Of a stretch of DNA of 64,000 nt, positions 23,138 to 32,821 are shown piece by piece. A program made the translations under genes and the position numbers. The notes under the pieces were generated by a model. That model saw nothing but the letters and a program-made list of their open reading frames with translations, was not told where the DNA came from and searched no databases. Positions within the stretch are counted from its first letter, which is position 1. Every line of letters begins with the position of its first letter. Source of the DNA: an uncultured delta proteobacterium (lineage in GTDB: Bacteria; Myxococcota_A; Polyangia; Haliangiales; Haliangiaceae); NCBI GenBank assembly GCA_963848295.1, contig CAWKDB010000010.1, forward strand, positions 3,520,001 through 3,584,000. The letters run 5' to 3'.

Positions 23138-23271
23138 GTCACGAATACCTGTAGGTGAGCCTGTGACAGGTAGGAGACCGAGATCTTTGTCCTTCCCAGG
23201 CGAAACGCGCTTCATGTATACGTCGGGGGATGCGCGACACCCGTCGGCGCTCGCCATCGCTGGAGGCCCAC

Positions 23272-26200
23272 GTGTTCGTTCGCTCGACCAAGCTAGACGT
23301 TCTTATCTCGGCGCTGTTCGTGGTCACCACGAGCGCGTGTAGCGGTCTCACCGGTTGCGGCGCGTGCAGCGCGAGCGCGCCTCTGCCAGGCGGTTCGCTG
23401 CCGTCGAATCAAACGATCGAAGGCGGCGCGCAGATCCGCGTCACACCGGCGGGCTTCACGAAGCTCACGTCGATCCTCCCCGGCGTCATCAACAACGCGC
23501 TCGGCGCCGGCTTCTGCATCCCACACGGCAGCGTCGGCACGCCGACCGGCGGCTTCCTCGCGACCGGCGCAGAGTGGTGCGCGAAGAACGACGGTGCGTG
23601 CACGCCGGGCTGCGACGCGCAGGTGTCGCTCAACAACGTCAACGGCCTCGTGCTGAGCGTGACGAACCAGCAGACGCTCAACGTCCAGCTCTCGACCTCG
23701 CTCAACGCGACGATCCACCTGGACGGCCAGATCGTCGGTATCGGCGCCTCGTGCGACATGACCGCGACGTCGAACGACCTCGGCGGCAACTTCGACATCG
23801 CGTTCAACATCAACGCGACGACCGGAGAGCTCGGCATCTCGCTCGCCGACTTCAACAACTTCAAGCTCGACGTCAACTTCGGGAACTGCGGCCTGGTGTC
23901 GGACATCGCGAACGTCGCGACCGACATCATCAACGGCCTGCTCAACTCGTTCGTCGGCCAGCTGCTGACGCCGGTGCTCAACTCGTTCATCCAGGGCCTG
24001 CTGCCGAACCCGCTCGGCATCGAAGGCATGTTGGATGTCGGCTCGCTGCTGTCCGGCATCTCGCCCGGCACCACCGCCGAGATGGAAGCGCGGATCGTGC
24101 CAGGCGGCTACGTCGACCTCGTCGGGAATGGCATGAGCCTCGGCGTGATCACCGGCCTCAACTCCGACGCGGATCCGACGACCCGAACCGGCACACGCCC
24201 CGACGGCGTCCAGTACGCGAGCGAGCCCGCCCTGTGCGTGCCGCCGCTGCCGATTCCGCTGTTCGGCGGTGCGCCGTACAACCTGCCGCTGTCGTCGCGT
24301 AGCACGTTCTCGATGCTACCCGCCGACGAGTTCAACGGCTCGCCGGATCCCGCCGCCGATCTCGCGATGGGCATCTCGCAGACCACGCTCGACCTCGCCG
24401 GCCACCACGCGGTGACCTCGGGCGCGTTGTGCCTCGGCGTCGGGACGTCCGCGATCCCGCAGCTCAACGTCGGCGTCATCGGGTTGCTCGTGCCGTCGCT
24501 GTCGGAGCTCGATGACTCGGGCACGGCGCCGCTCCTGCTCGTGACCCGGCCACAGCGCGCACTGACGTTCACGATCGGCGACAACCAGGGCACCGACCCG
24601 GCGCTCACCATCGGGTTCTCGCACCTCGAGGTCGACTTCTACGCGTTCTTGTTCGAGCGCTACGTCCGCGCGTTCACGCTCGATCTGACGCTCAACGCCG
24701 GCATCCACCTCGACTTCGAGCAACAGCCGGGCATGCCCGCGGTGATCAAGCCGACGCTGCTCGGCATCGACGCCGCCGACGTCACGATCTCGGTGCTCAA
24801 CAGCGAGTTCGTCAAAGAGACGCCTGCCGATCTCGAGGCGGTGCTGCCGTCGGTGTTCTCGCTCGTGACGCCGCTGCTCGGCAACCTCCCGGACATCACG
24901 GTGCCGTCGTTCGCCGGGTTCTCGCTCAACAACCTATCGATCCAGAAGGTGACGACGAGCCAGGACTCGTTCCTCGCGCTGTACGCGACGCTCGGTGCAA
25001 GTGCGCCGTTCCGCGCGCTCGCCGAGCAAGAGCCGCTCGCCCAGGACGCGCTCGACAAGCTCGACGCCGACATCGCGGCCCCGCAGCCGCCGAGCACCGG
25101 CACGTCACACCTGTTGAACGTGTCGACGCCGGCTCCCGAGGTCGTGCGTGGCGCGCTCGCCGGCAAGCCCGACATGAAGCTGCCGACCGTGACGTTCGCC
25201 GCCGACCTGTACGACTCGGCGGGCCGCGAGCTCGAGTGGAACTGGAACTTCAACGGCGGTCTGTTCCATCAGTGGCAACCCGGCGGCGAGCTCGCGATCA
25301 GCGACCCGGCGTTCGCGTGGCAGGGCAAGTACACGATCGGCCTCAAGTCGCGCGTCAAGGGCGACTACCACACCGTCTCGGCGGTGACGACGACGCCGGT
25401 GATCATCGACTCGGTCGGCCCGCACGTCTACGTCGAAAAGGCGACGTGGGTCGGCGACACGTTGACGATTCCGGTCGAAGACATCGTGTCGCTCGACGCG
25501 GTTCAGGTCGCGTTCGGTCGCCCGGGCGAGATCGTGCCGGAGACCAAGTGGGAGAGCACGGCGACGATCGATCGCGCCGACGCGCAGTTGCTCGCGGTCA
25601 ACGGCGAGATCGCGGTGTTCGCGAAGGACGAAGCCGGCAATCAGACGACGACGTTCATCGCGCCGTTCCACGGCCAGGCCGGCACGACCGGTTGCGTGTG
25701 CGGCGTCGGCGGTCGGACGCCGACCACCGGTGGGCTCGTCATGGTCGGCTTCGTCGTCCTGCTCGTGCGGCGCCGCCGTAGGGGGTGGCTTCGACAAGCG
25801 GCGGCTCGCGTGATCCGTTCGCGCCAGGCGAAGATCGTCGTCACGGTCGCGATGTGGCTCGGTGTGTCCGCGGCGTTCTCGATGCAGCAGGGCTGCAGCT
25901 GCAACAAGAGCAACGGCTCGTGCGAGATGGTGTCGGATTGCAGCGATTGCCCGGCGGGCCAGCTGCCGTTCTGCATCGACAACATGTGCGTGTGCTCGGC
26001 CGATATTCCGCCGGGCCGGATCGGCGAGTACTCGCATATCGCCGCGGCGCCCGACGGCAGCGGCTGGGTCTCGGCCTACGCGTCGTCGCACGGCGACCTA
26101 GTCGTCACGCAAGTCACCGCGCCGGGTCGGATCGATGACACCGCGTGGGAGTGGGTCGACGGCGTGCCCGATGGCCCGGTGCTCGTTCCCGGCTCGATGA

Positions 26201-27261
26201 TCCGCGGCGGCGTCGCCGCGGACGGCCCGGACGTCGGCATGTACACCAGCATCGCGGTCGCCGCCGACGGCACGCCGATGGTCACGTACTTCGATCGCGG
26301 CACGATGGCGGCGCCCGCGGCCAATTTGAAGTTCGCGGCGAAAGTGAACGGCACGTGGATCACCGAGATCGTCGACATGGGCACCGGATCGATCAGCAAC
26401 AACAGCGGCTCGCTCGTCGGCATGTACACGTCGCTGACGTTGCGCGCCGATGACGGTCGCCCGGGCGTCGCGTACCTCGCGCACGTCGGCGATGCGATGG
26501 GCGGTCACGCGGAGGTTCGCTACGCGCAGGCCAACGTCGCGCTGCCGATGGGCCCGTCGGATTGGACGACCTACGTCGTCGACACCGCGCCACTGCCGGT
26601 CGTCGATCCGAACAACCCGGACGTCTATCCGCTGCCCGCGGGTCTCGGCTTGTTCATCACGTCGGCGCGCGATCCGAGCACGCAGGCGCCGGTCGTGGCG
26701 TACTACGATCGGGCCGCGGGCGAGCTCAAGCTCAACAAGCTCGATCCGGCGACGATGCAGTTCGGCACGCCGGTCGTGCTCGACGGCGGCAGCGGCGTCG
26801 ACGACGGTTGGAACCCGTCGCTGCAGGTCGACCTGACCGGCGTCGCGCACGTCGCGTACATCGATGCGACGAGCGATGCGCTCAAGTACGTCACCGAAGG
26901 CTCGCCGGTCGAGATCGTCGACGACGGCTACCGGATCGTCGGTCAGACCGTCGACGGGTTGCCGAAGCCGACGTTCGACATCCTCGCGGACGCCAGCCTC
27001 GTGCTGCCGACCTCGGTCGGCGCGGTGGTCGGCTACCAAGACGGCACGACCCAGGAGCTGTTGCTCGCTCAGCGCGCCGACAACGGGATGTGGACCCACG
27101 TCTCGCTCGCGGGCGCGACCAACCCGTGGCCGGGCGCGTACGGCTTCTTCGCGTCGGTCGCGATCGCTTCGAGCAACCTGCTGATCTCGAACTGGGTGAT
27201 CGATCAGCCGACGGACGACAACTGGATGGAAGTGTTCGCGAACGCGACGGTCATCCAGTAG
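23272..27261 (+). CDS. Large surface protein: lipoprotein signal, BPI/LBP-like region, internal MYXO-CTERM, second signal/lipobox, Cys-rich module, propeller-like domain
   Basis: GGAGG RBS before GTG 23272; lipobox TSAC; GCVC...VGFVVLLVRRRRR at 25690-25782; second hydrophobic segment ending QQGCSC at 25902. Confidence 0.8.
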   Translation: MFVRSTKLDVLISALFVVTTSACSGLTGCGACSASAPLPGGSLPSNQTIEGGAQIRVTPAGFTKLTSILPGVINNALGAGFCIPHGSVGTPTGGFLATGAEWCAKNDGACTPGCDAQVSLNNVNGLVLSVTNQQTLNVQLSTSLNATIHLDGQIVGIGASCDMTATSNDLGGNFDIAFNINATTGELGISLADFNNFKLDVNFGNCGLVSDIANVATDIINGLLNSFVGQLLTPVLNSFIQGLLPNPLGIEGMLDVGSLLSGISPGTTAEMEARIVPGGYVDLVGNGMSLGVITGLNSDADPTTRTGTRPDGVQYASEPALCVPPLPIPLFGGAPYNLPLSSRSTFSMLPADEFNGSPDPAADLAMGISQTTLDLAGHHAVTSGALCLGVGTSAIPQLNVGVIGLLVPSLSELDDSGTAPLLLVTRPQRALTFTIGDNQGTDPALTIGFSHLEVDFYAFLFERYVRAFTLDLTLNAGIHLDFEQQPGMPAVIKPTLLGIDAADVTISVLNSEFVKETPADLEAVLPSVFSLVTPLLGNLPDITVPSFAGFSLNNLSIQKVTTSQDSFLALYATLGASAPFRALAEQEPLAQDALDKLDADIAAPQPPSTGTSHLLNVSTPAPEVVRGALAGKPDMKLPTVTFAADLYDSAGRELEWNWNFNGGLFHQWQPGGELAISDPAFAWQGKYTIGLKSRVKGDYHTVSAVTTTPVIIDSVGPHVYVEKATWVGDTLTIPVEDIVSLDAVQVAFGRPGEIVPETKWESTATIDRADAQLLAVNGEIAVFAKDEAGNQTTTFIAPFHGQAGTTGCVCGVGGRTPTTGGLVMVGFVVLLVRRRRRGWLRQAAARVIRSRQAKIVVTVAMWLGVSAAFSMQQGCSCNKSNGSCEMVSDCSDCPAGQLPFCIDNMCVCSADIPPGRIGEYSHIAAAPDGSGWVSAYASSHGDLVVTQVTAPGRIDDTAWEWVDGVPDGPVLVPGSMIRGGVAADGPDVGMYTSIAVAADGTPMVTYFDRGTMAAPAANLKFAAKVNGTWITEIVDMGTGSISNNSGSLVGMYTSLTLRADDGRPGVAYLAHVGDAMGGHAEVRYAQANVALPMGPSDWTTYVVDTAPLPVVDPNNPDVYPLPAGLGLFITSARDPSTQAPVVAYYDRAAGELKLNKLDPATMQFGTPVVLDGGSGVDDGWNPSLQVDLTGVAHVAYIDATSDALKYVTEGSPVEIVDDGYRIVGQTVDGLPKPTFDILADASLVLPTSVGAVVGYQDGTTQELLLAQRADNGMWTHVSLAGATNPWPGAYGFFASVAIASSNLLISNWVIDQPTDDNWMEVFANATVIQ

Positions 27262-27320
27262 CTCGATTCCGACCGTCGAGGAAATTTGCGTCCAGCTCGG
27301 TGCGTTGTCATCGTTCGGTG

Positions 27321-28520
27321 ATGCGCGGAGCACTCGTCCTCGTACTGGCACTCGTCCTCGATCCTGCGCGTCGAGCTGCAGCTGATAGCTGCGAGCCCGA
27401 CGCCGGCCCGGCGCCGCAGAAAGATGCGCTGACGCTGACGAAGGCGAAGTTCGCCGACCTCCCGAGGTGGGCCGACGATCACCTCTCCGAGGCCGTTCCG
27501 TCGTTCTTGCAGTCATGCGTGAAGCTCGGCGAGCTCAAGGACAACGATCCGGTCGGCATCGACGGTCACGGCGGCAAGGCGAAGCAGTGGCGCCACGCGT
27601 GCGCCGCGGCCGCCAAGCTCAAGCCCGGCGACGATGCCGCCGCGCGCGCGATGTTCGAAGCCGAGTTCGTGCCTTTCGTCGTCGCGGGCAAGACCGGACC
27701 GCGAGGCAAGCTCACCGGCTACTACGTGCAGGAGATCCACGCGTCGCGCAAGCCGCACGGCGCGTTCAAGATCCCGGTGCTCGCGCGGCCGGCCGATCTC
27801 GTGATGGTCGACCTGACGCCGTTCATTCGCGATGCCCACGGACGCCACATCTGGGGCCGGCTCGACAAGGGCGAGCTCCGGCCGTACGCGACCCGAGCCG
27901 AGATTCGCAAGGGCGCGCTCGCCGGCAAGAACCTCGAGTTGATGTACGCCGACGACCCGGTCGACGTGTTGTTCGCGCAGATCGAAGGCTCGGCGAAAGC
28001 GACGCTCGACGACGGCACGGTCGCATGGCTCGAGTTCAACGGCAAGAACGGCCGATCGTACAAGGGCGTCGGCGGCGTGCTCAAGCAGCTCGGCGAGTCG
28101 AGCCGGATCGGCTTCACGATGCAAGGCATTCGCAAGTGGTTCGCCGAGCACCCGACTCGACTCGACGAGATCATCGATCAAGACGCGTCGTACGTGTTCT
28201 TCGCCGAGAGCAAGGTCGCGGGCGCGATCGGCTCGCAGAAAGTCGTGCTGACGCCACGGCGCTCGATGGCGGTCGATCGCGCGTTCATCGCCGCGTCGAC
28301 GCCGGTGTTCGTCGACACCCACGCGCCGATCGTCGGCTCCCCCGGCAAGGTCGAGCCATGGGATCACTTGCTGATCGCGCAGGACACCGGCGCCGGCATC
28401 GTCGGCGCGGTGCGCGGCGACATCTATTGGGGCGACGATCGCGACGCAGCCGAGCTCGGCGGACGGATGGGCGGGCCGGGGCGTTACTGGGTGCTGCTGC
28501 CGAACGGCGTGACGAAGTAG
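27321..28520 (+). CDS. mltA: Lytic murein transglycosylase A
   Basis: FADLPRW, LTGYY, FAQIEGS, SYVFF, RSMAVD, AQDTGAGIVGAVRGDIYWG. Confidence 0.92.
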   Translation: MRGALVLVLALVLDPARRAAADSCEPDAGPAPQKDALTLTKAKFADLPRWADDHLSEAVPSFLQSCVKLGELKDNDPVGIDGHGGKAKQWRHACAAAAKLKPGDDAAARAMFEAEFVPFVVAGKTGPRGKLTGYYVQEIHASRKPHGAFKIPVLARPADLVMVDLTPFIRDAHGRHIWGRLDKGELRPYATRAEIRKGALAGKNLELMYADDPVDVLFAQIEGSAKATLDDGTVAWLEFNGKNGRSYKGVGGVLKQLGESSRIGFTMQGIRKWFAEHPTRLDEIIDQDASYVFFAESKVAGAIGSQKVVLTPRRSMAVDRAFIAASTPVFVDTHAPIVGSPGKVEPWDHLLIAQDTGAGIVGAVRGDIYWGDDRDAAELGGRMGGPGRYWVLLPNGVTK

Positions 28521-28610
28521 CGCGTCTCGTTCGCGACAGCGCAGTCGCGAAGTCCGGAAACAGCCAGGTAACCGCGCGCTCAATCGCCCGCGATCATTCG
28601 CGGCGCGTGG

Positions 28611-28626
28611 CGGCATTGGACCTGCA
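28611..28626 (+). promoter_or_regulatory. Sigma54-like promoter CGGCAT-TGGAC-CTGCA
   Basis: GG-N10-GC spacing; predicted +1 about 28637, next to GTG 28639. Confidence 0.45.
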
Positions 28627-28638
28627 CTGAACGATGCG

Positions 28639-29282
28639 GTGTTGCAGCTCGTCGTGTCATTCGTGCTCGCCGCCACGTGACTGCGGTCGCGCAGCCGGCG
28701 CCGAGCTCGACCCAGCCGGCGCCGAGCTCTACCGAGCCGGCGCCGAGCTCATCCGATCCGCCGGTCGTGACGCCATTTGATAACGGGCGCCGCCTGTACG
28801 TCGCGCTTCGCGCCGGCATGATCGCGACGTCGTTCCATTCCGATTCATCCAATGCAGGCGATCAACCCAATCCTGCGATCCGTGTATCGGGCAGCGGCTT
28901 GATCGGCGACTTCGAGATCGGCATGGTGGTCGGACGCGTTGCGGTGATGGGCTACCTGGAGATCTCGCAACCCCAACTCGCGATGGCAACAGGGTGGGCG
29001 GCCGAGACCGGCCTTCGCGGTCGCTATTGCGCGGTCACGGGGCTGTGCATCGGCGGCGGCATCGGGTCGGCGGCCGGCCCGGGATATGGATTCGTGTTCA
29101 CTGCAAATGCCGACGTCGGCTACCGCTTGCCGCAAGTCGGGCCGACGGCGGTCGAAGTGATGGCGATCGTCGAAGGCGGGTACCTGCCAGGTCTGCCGGG
29201 TGTCGACGATCCGGACAACACCGACAGCACACCAGCCCACTCGACGATCTCTGGACAGCTCGAGCTCGGCGTCGTGTTCTGA
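28639..29282 (+). CDS. Putative small outer-membrane beta-barrel; probable frameshift near 28672 separates the signal peptide
   Basis: Main ORF 28677-29282 with amphipathic strands ending LELGVVF; upstream out-of-frame VLQLVVSFVLAA joins ..TAVA-Q if one base is added. Confidence 0.55.
28692..28754 (+). repeat. Three 21-bp tandem repeats encoding (Q/E)PAPSS(T/S)
   Basis: cagccggcgccgagctcnncc x3. Confidence 0.9.
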
Positions 29283-29539
29283 GCAGCGCCGGCGCGACAT
29301 CGGCGTCGCGATCGCGGTCGGAACCGGCTTCGAGCGGCTCGAACCCCGCGCAATCGCAGCGCTCGTGCTGGTCCTGGCCGTGCAAAAACGTCGCGTCGCT
29401 CGACGTCGAGCTCGGCACCCGTCGCGGCCGGTGGTCGGTGCTTAGCTACCTCGACTACGCGACCGCCGCGACCACGACGAGCGGAGCCAGCCTCGACATG
29501 ATTTCTTGCGACTCGCGCGCGGTCATCTGCGTCATCTAG
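29283..29539 (+). pseudogene. Possible decayed paralog fragment of the upstream barrel gene
   Basis: LDVELGTRRGRWSVLSYLDY resembles GDFEIGMVVGRVAVMGYLEI; no proper start. Confidence 0.3.
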
Positions 29540-29544
29540 GATGC

Positions 29545-30213
29545 ATGCTCCGCAGTTACTACCTGTTCTGGTTGGCGATCCCTAGCTTGCTGGCGCTCGC
29601 GACCGCGCACGCGTTCCTGCTGGTGATCGCTGTGGTCGCGATGTTGGGGTCGCGGTGGGTGCCAGACCCAGTTCTGATCATCCGCAACACTCGGCGTGCG
29701 CATAGCCTACGCGCGCAGGTCGAGATCAATCCCGCCAACGCGGTCGCGCGCGCCGAGTTGGCCGAGATCTGGCTCGAGCAACGCCGGCCGCGTCGCGCCA
29801 TCCCGCTTCTCGAGCAGGCACTCGAGCGCGATCCGGAGTCGGCCGAGCTGCACTACAAGCTAGGCGTCGCGCAGCTCCGCGCCCAGCGGACCGACGCCGC
29901 GCTGCGCTCGCTAGTCGACGCGGTGAGCCGTGAGCCGAAGCTCCACTATGGCGCCGGCTTGCTCGCGCTCGGCGACGCGCTCGTGGTTGCTCGTCGGTTC
30001 GACGAGGCGGTCGAGGCGTACGAGCGGCACGTCAGGATCAACTCGTCCAGCCTCGAAGGGATGTGCAAGCTCGCCAGCCTCGGCGATCGCGCGAACGACG
30101 CGGCGGCGGCGAGACGCTGGCGCCGCGAAGCGCTCGACAGCTATCGCGCGCTGCCGCGCTTCCAGCGTCGCAAGCAGACCTTGTGGTGGTTGCGCGCGAA
30201 GCTCGGGCTGTAA
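29545..30213 (+). CDS. Membrane-anchored TPR protein
   Basis: N-terminal TM segments; NPANAVARAELAEIWL, DPESAELHYKLG TPR repeats. Confidence 0.8.
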   Translation: MLRSYYLFWLAIPSLLALATAHAFLLVIAVVAMLGSRWVPDPVLIIRNTRRAHSLRAQVEINPANAVARAELAEIWLEQRRPRRAIPLLEQALERDPESAELHYKLGVAQLRAQRTDAALRSLVDAVSREPKLHYGAGLLALGDALVVARRFDEAVEAYERHVRINSSSLEGMCKLASLGDRANDAAAARRWRREALDSYRALPRFQRRKQTLWWLRAKLGL

Positions 30214-30247
30214 CGGCGACGCGGTCCGATCGCGCTCGGCCTCGTAT

Positions 30248-31852
30248 CTAAGGCTTCGCGAGCGAGAAATCGGCGTCGCCGCGTTTCCACCGGCCGTCGC
30301 CGTCGGCGTCGATCAAGATCGGCGCGGCGATCGCGAACGGCGTGACTCCCGGATGATTCCACCGGTCGCGCTGGTACGAGCCGGTGATCTCGAGCGGCAG
30401 CGGATCGTCGCTATCCGCGGTGACCACGAGCCACGTGTCCTTGTCGCCGACCCTGACCTCGCCAGCCCAGTGGTACTTCGGCCACGTCGGCGGGACCCAC
30501 AACGAGCGCACGAGGCGCGGGCCATCCGGCGTGCCGACGACGACTCGGACGCGATCGACGTGGACGAACTTCGCGTGCTGGACCGTGACGTCGAGCCACA
30601 CCGATCCGGTCTTTGCGACGAGCGATTGGCCAGGACCGACGGTCGCGCTCGAGGCATGGTCGCTCGCGACCTCGACATCGAGCCACGGTCCGGTGGTCGC
30701 GACGACGCGGTGAGCTCGGATCGCGGCGATGAACCCAGCTTGGTCGAACGGCTTGACTCGCGGATCGTCGACGAACACGTAGTTGCGCGCGGTGCCGTCG
30801 AGCACCCAGTTGAGATCGTGGGTATCGCTGTTGCCGAGCGGCGCGTAGATGTGGCCATGGTCGAGGAACGTGTAGTAGTCGCGTACCGATTCATCGATCC
30901 GGCGATCGCCTTTCAAGTTCGCGGCGCTGTAGCCCGCGAGCACCTCGACCGCGTCGAACGTCAGGGGAAACGGCGGCGGCCACGCGACGCCGTCCCAGTT
31001 CGTGTAGTCGAACAGCGCGTTCGAGCGGAAGCGCGGGTGGTTGACCTGGATGATCGGGTTGCCGCTGAACGCGTGCGCGGCCTTGAACATGGCTTCGGTC
31101 TCGAGCGGCACGATGTCATCGTCGGAAGGGCTACCGCCGCGCGGCTTGTCGCGCTCGACCTTGACCGGATAGATGCCGAGGTGAAATTGATCGGACGTCA
31201 GCTCGTTCGCCGGGATCGACACGACCGTATTGTCGAGATGAAGCGCGCGAATCTCGTCGTTGAGATCGCCGTTGACGTTGTGGTCGGACAGCCCGATGAC
31301 CTGGATCCCCGCGGCGACCTGCGCGATCACGCGCTGCGGGTTCGGCACGGTCGAGTCGCTCGACGCGTGCGCGTGAACGTGCAGATCGGCGGCGAGCGTG
31401 CCTTGCGGCGTGAACGCGCGCTCGAGTGGGATCGCGAGCTCGACCTTGCCGCGGTCCGCCGAGAGATCGACGGTGCCTTGCCACAGCTGGTACTCGATGC
31501 CGCGCCACGCCCACACCTTGTACTTGCCGTACGGGATCGCCGGCGACGGATCGCAATCGTCCGCGCCGATCGGCACCTCGGCCGTGCCGTTCGCCAGGAT
31601 CAGCCCGTCCCACGAGCCGACGACACCGGGCGCGATCTCGCATGCGCTCGCGCCCTGGCGCTGGTCATAGAGATCGAGCGTCCCCATGTGGAGCGCTTGA
31701 CCGTCCGCGCCGAACAACAAGACCCGCGCGCCGACGGGCTGATCGTGGTCGGTGACGCGCAGGGCCAAGATCGTCGCTGCCGGTCCGCTCGGCTTCGGCG
31801 GCCGATGGTGGCGGTGGCATGCCGCGAGCGCGAGCAGCGCGAGCGCCCGCAT
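30248..31852 (-). CDS. Lipoprotein PHP-family metallohydrolase (CehA/McbA-like)
   Basis: LALAAC lipobox; ADLHVHAHASSD, SDHN, NHPR, GNSDTH, TTGPW. Confidence 0.85.
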   Translation of the reverse strand: MRALALLALAACHRHHRPPKPSGPAATILALRVTDHDQPVGARVLLFGADGQALHMGTLDLYDQRQGASACEIAPGVVGSWDGLILANGTAEVPIGADDCDPSPAIPYGKYKVWAWRGIEYQLWQGTVDLSADRGKVELAIPLERAFTPQGTLAADLHVHAHASSDSTVPNPQRVIAQVAAGIQVIGLSDHNVNGDLNDEIRALHLDNTVVSIPANELTSDQFHLGIYPVKVERDKPRGGSPSDDDIVPLETEAMFKAAHAFSGNPIIQVNHPRFRSNALFDYTNWDGVAWPPPFPLTFDAVEVLAGYSAANLKGDRRIDESVRDYYTFLDHGHIYAPLGNSDTHDLNWVLDGTARNYVFVDDPRVKPFDQAGFIAAIRAHRVVATTGPWLDVEVASDHASSATVGPGQSLVAKTGSVWLDVTVQHAKFVHVDRVRVVVGTPDGPRLVRSLWVPPTWPKYHWAGEVRVGDKDTWLVVTADSDDPLPLEITGSYQRDRWNHPGVTPFAIAAPILIDADGDGRWKRGDADFSLAKP

Positions 31853-32451
31853 CACAGGTGGAATTCGGCGCCGGCGACGACCGCGGCGCCGAGCTGAGGC
31901 TCGGTCCCGAGATCGTGCGAGAAGAACCCGACGCCGACCGCGAGCTGCGCCTCGACGACGACCGCCACCGATGGCGACACCGCCGCGCGCATGCCGCCGC
32001 CAATCGTGAGCGGGATCGCAAAGCCCGTGAGATCGTCGCCGTGGAACCGCACGTAGCTGATCCCGAGCGAGGCATGTGCGAAGGGCCAGAGCTCGCCCTG
32101 GCCATGGAAGTAACGGCGTACCCCCGCTTGCAGCTGGAGCTCGACGCCGTCGAGTGCGCCGTGCTCGCACACGAAGTTGTTGTCGCGATCGCGGAAGCAC
32201 GCCGCACCGCCGCCGCCGAACGTGAACGCCGCGGCGCCATCGAACCAATCGCGGTCTGAAAGTTGGTAGAGATAGTGGCCGGCGAGCGCGAGGCCACCCG
32301 GCGTATCGCGGCCGCCGATCGCGAGGCCGACCGAGCCGCCGATCGCTTGCGACGTCATATCGGGCGGCGCGACCGCAGCGGGTGGTGGATCCGCGATCGC
32401 GACATGCGATCCGCCGAGCGCGAGCGCGATGGCGATCAGTCGCCGCGACAC
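31852..32451 (-). CDS. Small outer-membrane beta-barrel protein
   Basis: Signal peptide, amphipathic strands, AGAEFHL end, Cys pair in a loop. Confidence 0.65.
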   Translation of the reverse strand: MSRRLIAIALALGGSHVAIADPPPAAVAPPDMTSQAIGGSVGLAIGGRDTPGGLALAGHYLYQLSDRDWFDGAAAFTFGGGGAACFRDRDNNFVCEHGALDGVELQLQAGVRRYFHGQGELWPFAHASLGISYVRFHGDDLTGFAIPLTIGGGMRAAVSPSVAVVVEAQLAVGVGFFSHDLGTEPQLGAAVVAGAEFHL

Positions 32452-32783
32452 ACCATCACCGATTGGCCGGTATCGCCGTGACCGTCACGTGTCTTGCAGC
32501 CATAACCATCGCCGAGGAACGCGCAGTCGGAGTCTTGCGCGCACAAGAACTCGCACGCACCCGTGCCTTGCTCGTCGGCGCACGTCGCGCCGCTGTCGCT
32601 GTCGCAGTCGAGCGCGCTATCGCAGATCGTCGTGCAGAACCCGCCGGGCCAGTCCATGCCCGGCGGCAGGCACTCTTCGTCGCACTCCGACGCGAGGTCG
32701 CAGCGCGCGCCGAGTGAACGCGAGACGTCGCTGCTCTGACACGCGACGAGCGTGGTCACGATCACGACGAGCACCCAACGCAT
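32436..32783 (-). CDS. Small Cys-rich lipoprotein
   Basis: MRWVLVVIVTTLVAC; WPGGFCTTICDSALDC-type repeats. Confidence 0.8.
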   Translation of the reverse strand: MRWVLVVIVTTLVACQSSDVSRSLGARCDLASECDEECLPPGMDWPGGFCTTICDSALDCDSDSGATCADEQGTGACEFLCAQDSDCAFLGDGYGCKTRDGHGDTGQSVMVCRGD

Positions 32784-32821
32784 ACGGCAGGACGCTACCG
32801 CGCGAGACCCCGACGCGCCAG

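Noticed and set aside
23129..23172. Short CCTGT repeats and TACCTGT/ACAGGTA inverted repeat between the tRNA promoter and the large gene
   Set aside because: Too short and irregular to call an operator without comparative data
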